The position numbers and the translations under genes are program-made. 64,000 nt of DNA from positions 325,135-389,134 of the forward strand of contig CP132901.1 of NCBI GenBank assembly GCA_031446085.1, given 5' to 3'. Under the pieces are notes generated by a model that saw nothing but the letters and a program-made list of their open reading frames with translations, made no database searches and had not been told where the DNA came from. The stretch comes from Arsenophonus sp. GTDB taxonomy: Bacteria > Pseudomonadota > Gammaproteobacteria > Enterobacterales > Enterobacteriaceae. Below are positions 20,676 to 28,707 of this stretch, piece after piece (positions within the stretch are counted from its first letter, which is position 1; each line of letters starts with the position of its first letter).

Positions 20676-21057
20676 GATCATTACCCTCATCTCTATAATT
20701 AAAAAGTTATTAATCAGATTGTATTTTTAAAAAAATAGTACAAAAAAACAATCTTCATTGTATAATAAATATTTACTGAAGTAAATCTTTGTAAGATTGA
20801 ACTTAACAAATATAAATATTAAATTTAAATATATTACACTTTTAAATAATAAAAAATTATTTATCAAATAACCTCAAGAATATTATTTATTTTGATATTT
20901 ATCACATGATAAAAAAATATAAAAATAAAAATATTACATAAATTGTTTATTTTTTTTGTCAAGAATAGTAAAACACCAATCAAAAATCAACAAAAAAATG
21001 TTTTTTTTAAAAAAAAACTGTCATTTTAATATAAATAAATAATTTTTTAAGTTAGAG

Positions 21058-21525
21058 TTAAAAAAAATTTTTGATAAACCGTTCTTTATCTATATTCCAT
21101 TCTCTTTTTTTTATATCTAATCTCTTATCATATTGTTTTTTTCCTTTTACAATACCAATTTCAATTTTACACCACTTTTTTTTCCAATATATAGATAACG
21201 CTACTGCAGTACAATGCAGTCTATTAATATGACTCAATAAAATATGTAATTCTTTTTTATTTAACAATAACTTTCTATTTCTTTTAATATTACATTTCTT
21301 ATATAAAAAAGTTGATTTAATTGGTGTAATTGTTGCATTAACAAGATAAGCTTCATTTGATATAAAACTAACATAACTATTAATAATACTAACCTGATTA
21401 AATTTTAACGCTTTTACTTCCCAAGGTTCTAATACTAAACCTGCTTCCATTCTTTTTAAAATAAAATATTCATAATTTATTTTCCTGTTAATTACAATGT
21501 TTTTATTAAACATATTTTTTTTCAT
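21058..21525 (-). CDS. smpB: SsrA-binding protein SmpB
   Basis: NRKINYEYFI, WEVKAL, RKLLLNKKEL and IGIVKGKKQYDKRLDIKKREW match SmpB. Confidence 0.93.
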   Translation of the reverse strand: MKKNMFNKNIVINRKINYEYFILKRMEAGLVLEPWEVKALKFNQVSIINSYVSFISNEAYLVNATITPIKSTFLYKKCNIKRNRKLLLNKKELHILLSHINRLHCTAVALSIYWKKKWCKIEIGIVKGKKQYDKRLDIKKREWNIDKERFIKNFF

Positions 21526-21591
21526 AAAAAAGTAAATATTTTTTATATTACAAAAAAATAAATTTAATTTCTATATTTTAATAGAATTTAG

Positions 21592-21619
21592 TTGATTTTT
21601 TAGTAAAATTAATTATAAT
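21592..21619 (+). promoter_or_regulatory. candidate sigma70 promoter of ssrA
   Basis: TTGATT (21592-21597), a 16-nt spacer, then a perfect TATAAT (21614-21619), 21 nt before the mature tmRNA 5' end. This is weak evidence, because TATAAT is common by chance in DNA this AT-rich. Confidence 0.3.
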
Positions 21620-21640
21620 TTATTTCTAGGTATAGAAATT

Positions 21641-22015
21641 GGGGCTGTTTTTGGATTCGACGAATTTTATTAAATAATGAAATGCATGTCGAGGGTGCGG
21701 CTGGACCTCGTAAAAAAGTCGCGCATCAATAAATGCAAATAAACATAAAACATTTGAACTAGCAGCTTAATAAACTACGAGTTCCTTCTTATTTACTTAA
21801 TTACTCTAAAAGTAAATCAAAAAGAAGATAATATAATACAGAGTAAACGTGAAAATATTTTGCTTATTAAATTGAAACGTTTAAAAAAATAAGCTAAAAA
21901 ATTTAAAATATGTATGTCTGTTTTAAATTTATTATCTTCGACATAACTAAACATGTAGAATTTCTATATATTATAATACTTTCGGATGCGGGTTCAAATC
22001 CCGCCAGCTCCACCA
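21641..22015 (+). ncRNA. ssrA: tmRNA (SsrA), tag reading frame 21735-21767 encoding ANKHKTFELAA followed by TAA TAA
   Basis: The 5' end GGGGCTGTTTTTGGATTCGAC and the 3' end GGTTCAAATCCCGCCAGCTCCACCA match E. coli ssrA. The resume codon is GCA, after AATAAAT. Part of the E. coli tag-region sequence (GCAGCTTAATAA) is conserved. Confidence 0.95.
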
Positions 22016-22039
22016 ATTTAAATAGTTTAATGGATTATT

Positions 22040-23323
22040 TTATTTATATTGATTTTGATAAATAGCTAATTTAATAATATTAGTTAACTTTTTTATTTCT
22101 TTTTTCTGAATAATATAAGGAGGCATTAAATAAATTAAATTTTTAAATGGTCTGACCCATATACCTTGAGAAACAAAAAATTTTTGTAAATTAATAATAT
22201 TTACTGGATCATACATTTCTATAACACCAATTGCACCTAAAATACGTACATCTTTAACTGTTTTTACATCTTTTATAGGAATTAAATCTTTAATTAATTG
22301 ATTTTCAATATTTTTAACATTTTTTTTCCACGAAGATTGCATTAACAATTTAATGCTAGCTAACGAAATAGAACAAGCTAATGGATTAGCCATAAATGTA
22401 GGACCATGCATAAAACAACCTGGATTTCCATCACTAATAGTATTAGCTATTTTTCGAGTAGTAATAACAGCGGATAATGTTAAATATCCACCTGTTAATG
22501 CTTTTCCAACACATAAAATATCAGGTATAACATTACTATGTTCATAAGCAAATAATTTTCCAGTTCTTCCAAATCCTGTTGCAATTTCATCCGCAATTAA
22601 TAAAATATTATATTTATTACATAATTTACGAACATATTTTAAATAATTAGGATGATAAAAACGCATTCCTCCTGCTCCTTGAACAATAGGTTCTAAAATA
22701 ACAGCAGCAATTTTATCAAAATTTTTTTCTAATACCATTTTAAAAGATGCAGTGTCATCAAAATTCCATTTGCTATGAAATGTAGATTTCGGAGCTTTTA
22801 CGAAAAAATTGTTAGAAAAATAGCCAGAATAAAGATGATGCATAGAATTTTTTGGATCACAAACAGACATAGCACCAAGTGTATCTCCGTGATAACTATA
22901 TTCTAAAGCAATAAATTTTGTTCTATTTTGTTTTTTCATTTTCCAATATTGCATAGCCATTTTTAATGCTATATCTACAGCAACAGAACCAGAATCAGCA
23001 AAAAAAATACATTCTAATGAATTATCCACAATTTTTAGCAATTGTTTAGATAATTCAATAGCAGGAATATGTGTTATACCACCAAACATAACATGAGACA
23101 TTTTTTTAATCTGATTTATCGCAGCTTGATTGATAACTGGATGATTATATCCATGAATTACTGACCACCAAGAAGACATGCCATCAATTATTTTTTTGCC
23201 ATTTGCTAATTTTAATTTTACTCCCGATGCACTAATCACTGGATAAGTTGGAATAGGATTATTCATAGAAGTATAAGGATGCCAAATATGCTTCAAATCA
23301 AAATTAATATCATCTATTTTCAT
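22040..23323 (-). CDS. bioA: adenosylmethionine-8-amino-7-oxononanoate aminotransferase
   Basis: FDLKHIWHPYTSM, DGMSSWWSVIHGYNHP and LIADEIATGFGRTGKLFA are nearly identical to E. coli BioA. Length, and an AAGGA 7 nt upstream, favour ATG 23323 over the ORF-track start 23362. Confidence 0.93.
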   Translation of the reverse strand: MKIDDINFDLKHIWHPYTSMNNPIPTYPVISASGVKLKLANGKKIIDGMSSWWSVIHGYNHPVINQAAINQIKKMSHVMFGGITHIPAIELSKQLLKIVDNSLECIFFADSGSVAVDIALKMAMQYWKMKKQNRTKFIALEYSYHGDTLGAMSVCDPKNSMHHLYSGYFSNNFFVKAPKSTFHSKWNFDDTASFKMVLEKNFDKIAAVILEPIVQGAGGMRFYHPNYLKYVRKLCNKYNILLIADEIATGFGRTGKLFAYEHSNVIPDILCVGKALTGGYLTLSAVITTRKIANTISDGNPGCFMHGPTFMANPLACSISLASIKLLMQSSWKKNVKNIENQLIKDLIPIKDVKTVKDVRILGAIGVIEMYDPVNIINLQKFFVSQGIWVRPFKNLIYLMPPYIIQKKEIKKLTNIIKLAIYQNQYK

Positions 23324-23355
23324 AAATTCTTCCTTATGAATTTTATTCATTTTAG

Positions 23356-23383
23356 TTGACATGATAATGATATTATTTAAACT
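23356..23383 (+). promoter_or_regulatory. candidate bioBFCD promoter
   Basis: Perfect -35 TTGACA (23356-23361), a 16-nt spacer, then TAAACT (23378-23383). A GGAGA Shine-Dalgarno sequence lies 6 nt before the bioB ATG. No operator-like palindrome is evident. Confidence 0.25.
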
Positions 23384-23415
23384 GACAATAGTTTTATTTT
23401 TTTTGGAGAAATTTT

Positions 23416-24453
23416 ATGAAGATAAAAAAAAATTGGACAACTAGTGAAGTAAAAAAAATTTTTGATAAACCATTTTTTCAATTATTATTTCAAGCACAAA
23501 AAATACATCGTATTAATTTTAATCCACAAGAAATACAAATTAGTACATTGTTATCAATAAAAACAGGTGCTTGTCCAGAAGATTGTAAATATTGTCCTCA
23601 AAGTGCAAGATATAAAACAGGATTAAAAGTTGAAAAATTATTAGAAATGAAAAAAATTATTCAAGCTGCAAAACAAGCAAAAAAATCTGGTGCTACTAGA
23701 TTTTGTATGGGTGCAGCATGGAAAAATCCACATCAACGAGATATTCCATATTTAGAAAATATTGTAAAATCTGTAAAAAAATTAGGATTAGAAACATGTA
23801 TGACATTAGGTACATTAAATAATAATCAAGCAAAAAAACTATCTCGAGCTGGATTAGATTATTATAATCATAATTTAGATACCTCTAGAAAATTTTATAA
23901 AAAGATTATTACAACAAGAACTTATCAAGATAGACTCGATACAATTGAAAAAGTAAGAAAAGCAGGAATTAAAGTATGTTCTGGAGGAATTATAGGATTA
24001 GGAGAAAAAAAATTAGACCGAGTTGAATTATTAACGGAATTAGCTAATTTACCTACACCTCCAGAAAGTGTACCTATTAATATGTTGATAAAAATAAAAG
24101 GAACACCTCTCGAAAAAAATGCAGATATAGATCCTTTTGATTTTATTCGTACTATTGCTGTGGCACGAATCATTATGCCAAAATCATTTATAAGATTATC
24201 AGCAGGAAGAGAAAAAATGAATGAACAAACACAAGCACTTTGTTTCATAGCTGGAGCGAATTCAATATTTTATGGTTGTAAATTGTTAACTGCACCAAAC
24301 CCAAATGAAGATAAAGATATACAATTATTTAAAAAATTAAATATCAATACAAAACAAAAAAAAGAATCACTTAAATACTATAAAAAAATTAAAGAAATTG
24401 AAAAAAAATCTATAAAAATTAACAGTAAAAAATTTTATAACGCGGCAATATAA
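23416..24453 (+). CDS. bioB: biotin synthase (radical SAM)
   Basis: It has the [11 protein letters not shown] radical-SAM cluster, plus YNHNLDTS, and is collinear with E. coli BioB (346 aa). Confidence 0.95.
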   Translation: MKIKKNWTTSEVKKIFDKPFFQLLFQAQKIHRINFNPQEIQISTLLSIKTGACPEDCKYCPQSARYKTGLKVEKLLEMKKIIQAAKQAKKSGATRFCMGAAWKNPHQRDIPYLENIVKSVKKLGLETCMTLGTLNNNQAKKLSRAGLDYYNHNLDTSRKFYKKIITTRTYQDRLDTIEKVRKAGIKVCSGGIIGLGEKKLDRVELLTELANLPTPPESVPINMLIKIKGTPLEKNADIDPFDFIRTIAVARIIMPKSFIRLSAGREKMNEQTQALCFIAGANSIFYGCKLLTAPNPNEDKDIQLFKKLNINTKQKKESLKYYKKIKEIEKKSIKINSKKFYNAAI

Positions 24454-25619
24454 TGAAATGGATAGATTATTTAAGTAATCAACTTAATATTCAAAAAAAA
24501 AGAAAATTATGGAGAAAAAGAAAAATAATTCAAAATAATAATATACGAACATTACTAATTGATAATAAAAAATACCTAAATTTTTCAACTAATGATTATT
24601 TAGGATTAACTAGTAATCAATCGATTATTGAAGCATGGAAAACAGGATTAGACAAATTTGGAACAGGAAGTGGAAGTTCTAGTTATATCACTGGATATAG
24701 TTCAGCACATGCTAAATTAGAAACAAAATTAGCTAATTGGTTAAATTATGATAAAGCTTTATTATTTAATTCTGGCTATTCAGCTAATCAAAGTGTAATA
24801 AACGTCTTAATGAATCATAAGAATAATCTTATCATTGCTGACAAATTATTTCATGCCTCTTTATTAGAGGCAGGAATAAACTCAAAGGCAAAATTAAAAA
24901 GATTTAACCATAACGAAATATTATCTTTAGAAAAAAAAATTTTAGAGTCGAATTCTAAAAAAATATTAGTAGCAACTGAAGGGATATTTAGTATGAATGG
25001 AGATATTGCACCTTTAAATCAAATTCAAATAATTACTAAAAAATATAACACTTTTCTTTTAGTAGACGACGCTCATGGTATAGGAATACAAGGAAAAGAA
25101 GGATCAGGAAGCTGTAAACTTTACAATATCAAACCAGAACTACTAATTGTAACTTTTGGCAAAGCATTTGGAATTAGTGGAGCTGCATTACTTTGTAACA
25201 AAACTATTGCAAATTATTTTTTACAAAATGCAAAACACTTAATTTATAGTACATCAATTCCACCAGCACAAGCAATGGCATTAATTGAAGCAATTAATCA
25301 AATTAGACATGCTGACAAATTAAGAATGAATCTTAAAAAAAATATTAGCTTTTTTATTAAAAAAGCACATGAATACAATCTACCAATTTTAAATTCATAT
25401 ACTCCCATTCAACCTTTAATGGTTGGTAAAAATGATGTTTGTTTAAAAATAGCAGAATTTTTAAAAAAAAATAAAATATGGGTACAAGCAATACGTCCTC
25501 CAACAGTTCCTCCTGGTACTTCTCGTTTACGAATTACATTGAATGCCTGTCATAAATTAAATGACATATTAAAATTAATAAAAACAATCAGTTATTTTTT
25601 TAAAAAAATCAATGAATAA
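24453..25619 (+). CDS. bioF: 8-amino-7-oxononanoate synthase
   Basis: NDYLGL, SGYSANQ and DDAHGIG are present, with the PLP lysine in TFGKAFG. It overlaps the bioB stop by 1 nt (TAATG). Confidence 0.9.
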   Translation: MKWIDYLSNQLNIQKKRKLWRKRKIIQNNNIRTLLIDNKKYLNFSTNDYLGLTSNQSIIEAWKTGLDKFGTGSGSSSYITGYSSAHAKLETKLANWLNYDKALLFNSGYSANQSVINVLMNHKNNLIIADKLFHASLLEAGINSKAKLKRFNHNEILSLEKKILESNSKKILVATEGIFSMNGDIAPLNQIQIITKKYNTFLLVDDAHGIGIQGKEGSGSCKLYNIKPELLIVTFGKAFGISGAALLCNKTIANYFLQNAKHLIYSTSIPPAQAMALIEAINQIRHADKLRMNLKKNISFFIKKAHEYNLPILNSYTPIQPLMVGKNDVCLKIAEFLKKNKIWVQAIRPPTVPPGTSRLRITLNACHKLNDILKLIKTISYFFKKINE

Positions 25620-26358
25620 AAAATACATTGCTCATTCTTTTAATAGAGCTGCTAAAAAATATGATAAAATTGCCATTTTTCAACAAAAAAGTGGGCAACA
25701 TCTTTTTAAATTACTTTCTATTATACCAGGAAAAACTATTTTAGATGCAGGATGCGGTACTGGATATTTTAGTTATCAATGGAAATTGATTGGAAAAAAA
25801 GTTATTGCATTAGACATATCATCATCAATGTTAAAAGTTGCGAAAAAAAAAGGTGCTGCTAACACATATATACAAGCAGATATGGAAATGTTACCGTTAA
25901 AAAACGAAAGTGTTGATTTATGCTTTAGTCATCTTTCTATTCAATGGTGTGATAATTTACATCATACGTTAAGTGAATTATATCGCATTACTAAAAGAGG
26001 AGGAGTTATTGCATTTTCAACTTTATTAGAAGGATCTTTAAATGAATTAAAAGAATGTTGGAGAAAAATAGATAATAATTCACATATTAATTCATTCATG
26101 AATATTCAAGATATTAAAGCAATCTGTAATATTTGGAAATATAAATTTGAACAACAATGTTGGTTAACTATTTATCCATCTTTAATTACCTTATTAAAAT
26201 CTTTAAAAGATATCGGAGCTACATACTTAAAAAAAGGAAGAACACATGGATTAATGACAAAAAATAAATTAAATAAATTAGCATTATACTATCCTCATAT
26301 AGGACATCAATTTCCTTTAACTTATCAACTATTATTTGGAATACTATATCGTGAATAA
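25612..26358 (+). CDS. bioC: malonyl-ACP O-methyltransferase
   Basis: It has the SAM-binding motif LDAGCGTGYFS and sits between bioF and bioD. FNRAAKKYD resembles E. coli BioC FGRAAAHYE. Confidence 0.85.
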   Translation: MNKKYIAHSFNRAAKKYDKIAIFQQKSGQHLFKLLSIIPGKTILDAGCGTGYFSYQWKLIGKKVIALDISSSMLKVAKKKGAANTYIQADMEMLPLKNESVDLCFSHLSIQWCDNLHHTLSELYRITKRGGVIAFSTLLEGSLNELKECWRKIDNNSHINSFMNIQDIKAICNIWKYKFEQQCWLTIYPSLITLLKSLKDIGATYLKKGRTHGLMTKNKLNKLALYYPHIGHQFPLTYQLLFGILYRE

Positions 26359-27040
26359 ATGTTTTTTTATTACTGGAACTGATACAAACATTGGAAAAAC
26401 AATAGTTAGTTGCGCACTTTTGCAAGGAGCTAATTTTATGGGCTATAAAGCAATAGGTTATAAACCAATTGCTTCAGGAAGTAAGGAAACTAAATTTGGA
26501 TTACGAAATCAAGATTCTGAATATTTACTAAAATATAGTACAGTACATTTAGAATATCAAGATATTAATCCTTTTACCTTTAAAGAAGGTACATCTCCAA
26601 ATATTGCAAGTAAAATAGAAAAAAAAATAATAGATATAAACAAAATAAGTCAGGGATTAGAAAAAATAAAAAAAAAAGCCGATTACATTATTATTGAAGG
26701 AGCTGGAGGATGGTATACACCAATTTCTTTTAATCAAACATTATCAGATTGGGTTACTAAAGAAAAAATAGAAATTATTTTAGTTATTGGAATTAAATTA
26801 GGATGTATAAATCATGCGATATTAACTAAAAAAGCAATTCTAAATGAAAAATTAAAAATTGTTGGATGGATTGGAAATCATCTTGAATCTACTCATCAAT
26901 ATACAAAAGAATATTTAGAAACAATAAATACATTTTTATCTCCTATTCCATGCTTAGGAAATATACCATTTTTAAAAAATTGGAAAAAAAAATCAATGAT
27001 AGAATATTTATATTTAAATAAAATTTTTTCATATATTTAA
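26351..27040 (+). CDS. bioD: dethiobiotin synthetase
   Basis: The GTG start at 26351 gives (M)NKCFFITGTDTNIGKT, matching E. coli MSKRYFVTGTDTEVGKT in length. The ORF-track TTG at 26336 adds 5 unmatched residues. It overlaps bioC by 8 nt. Confidence 0.9.
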   Translation: MNKCFFITGTDTNIGKTIVSCALLQGANFMGYKAIGYKPIASGSKETKFGLRNQDSEYLLKYSTVHLEYQDINPFTFKEGTSPNIASKIEKKIIDINKISQGLEKIKKKADYIIIEGAGGWYTPISFNQTLSDWVTKEKIEIILVIGIKLGCINHAILTKKAILNEKLKIVGWIGNHLESTHQYTKEYLETINTFLSPIPCLGNIPFLKNWKKKSMIEYLYLNKIFSYI

Positions 27041-27100
27041 TTATTAATAACAAAAATATCTTTTTATTAGTCACATTAAAACTTACTTAGGATGTAAACA

Positions 27101-27922
27101 ATGGAAATACAAAATATTAAATTTTTTTTATTTATTATTTTAATAATATTTTTTTCATTTGTTAATGCTGAAAAAATTGATGAAATTCAAAAAAATGGAA
27201 TCATAAAAATTGCAGTTTTTGATAGTAATCCACCTTTTGGATTTATAGATCCCGTTAATAATAAATTGATAGGATATGATATTGATATTGCTAATTCTAT
27301 TGCTAAACTTTTAAATGTAAAAACAGTGTTCTTAACAACCAATCCAGCAAATAGAATTCCTCTTTTAGTAAGTAATAAAGTAGATCTTATCAGTGCTAAT
27401 TTCACAATTACTCAAGAAAGATCTAAAAAAGTAGAATTTTCTATTCCTATTTTTTCAACTCAACAAAAATTTATCGCACGAAAAGGAATATTAAAAAATC
27501 AAGATGATCTTAAAAATTTAAGAATAGGAGCTGATAAAGGTACTATTCAAGAAATTAGATTAAAAAATCTATATCCAAATATTAAAGTAATTTCTTATGA
27601 TAACACACCATTTTCTTTTTTAGCTTTACGTAATAATAATGTTGATGCCATAACACAAGACGATGCAAAACTAATAGGATTATTTTCAAAATTACCTAAA
27701 AATATTCAAAAAAATTATGAAATCTCTTCATTTAGTATTAGTCATGAATATCAAGCATTAGCAGTAATAAAAGGAGAAAAAAAATTCATTGACATAATAA
27801 ATAACCTATTATTAGAATTAGAAAAAAACGGAGAAGCTCAGAAAATATTTAATCGATGGTTTTTGGAAGAAAAATCATTAAAAAGAAATAAGTTCAAAAA
27901 ACATTTCGAAAAATTAAAATAA
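27101..27922 (+). CDS. gltI: polar amino-acid ABC transporter periplasmic binding protein (GltI-like)
   Basis: It has a signal peptide. IQKNGIIKIAV, NRIPLLVSNKVD, TITQERSKKVEFS and C-terminal NGEAQKIFNRWF resemble E. coli GltI (IAKNGVIVVG, NRIPLLQNG, SGEAEKWFDKWF). The substrate assignment is tentative. Confidence 0.55.
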   Translation: MEIQNIKFFLFIILIIFFSFVNAEKIDEIQKNGIIKIAVFDSNPPFGFIDPVNNKLIGYDIDIANSIAKLLNVKTVFLTTNPANRIPLLVSNKVDLISANFTITQERSKKVEFSIPIFSTQQKFIARKGILKNQDDLKNLRIGADKGTIQEIRLKNLYPNIKVISYDNTPFSFLALRNNNVDAITQDDAKLIGLFSKLPKNIQKNYEISSFSISHEYQALAVIKGEKKFIDIINNLLLELEKNGEAQKIFNRWFLEEKSLKRNKFKKHFEKLK

Positions 27923-27943
27923 AATCATTTTAAAAGGAAAATT

Positions 27944-28657
27944 ATGATTGAAAATTTTTTTTCAATTATAGAGAAAGAACAATATTTAAATTCTATTTGT
28001 TATGGATTATTTGTAACTATTTTAATTTCATTATTTACAATATTTTTTTCAACAATATTAGGTTTATTATTTTTTATTTTAAAAGAAATTAATTTTCTTT
28101 TTTTAAAATATTTTATTAAAATTTATATTACTTTATTTAAAAATACTCCATTATTAATGCAATTATTTTTTTGGTATTTTGCTGCTAATAGTTTTCTCCC
28201 AACATCTTTAATTAAATGGTTAAAAACGTCGCATCATATTAATATAATTAATATTTCATTGATTAATTTAATTTCATTTGAATTTTTAATAGGATTAATA
28301 GGATTAACGATATATTCAATCCCTTTTATTGTTGAAGAATTAAAAAGTGGTATGTTAAGTATCAAGAAAAATCAAAAAATAGAAGCAATGGCTTTAGGAT
28401 TGTCAAAAATAACAATATGGAAATATATTTTTTTCCCTCAAATATTAAAGAATTCTTATATTCCAATTTTAGGTCAATATATGAATATTATTAAAAATTC
28501 TTCATTAACAATGGCAATAGGAGTAACAGAACTTTCTTATATTTCACGTCAAATTGAAAGTGAAAGTTTTCAAACATTTACAATATTTATAATAACAACA
28601 ATATTATATATACTCATTATTGGAATTATAGAAATAATTAGAAAATTTATACAATAA
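27944..28657 (+). CDS. gltJ: polar amino-acid ABC transporter permease (GltJ-like)
   Basis: LFKNTPLLMQLFFWYF is followed by a long insert, then an EAA-type loop (IEAMALGLSKITIWKYIFFPQ). The architecture resembles E. coli GltJ. No second permease or ATPase gene follows. Confidence 0.5.
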   Translation: MIENFFSIIEKEQYLNSICYGLFVTILISLFTIFFSTILGLLFFILKEINFLFLKYFIKIYITLFKNTPLLMQLFFWYFAANSFLPTSLIKWLKTSHHINIINISLINLISFEFLIGLIGLTIYSIPFIVEELKSGMLSIKKNQKIEAMALGLSKITIWKYIFFPQILKNSYIPILGQYMNIIKNSSLTMAIGVTELSYISRQIESESFQTFTIFIITTILYILIIGIIEIIRKFIQ

Positions 28658-28707
28658 AAGATAAACAAATTGAATAAAAAAATATTAAATAAATTTATTA
28701 AAAAATA

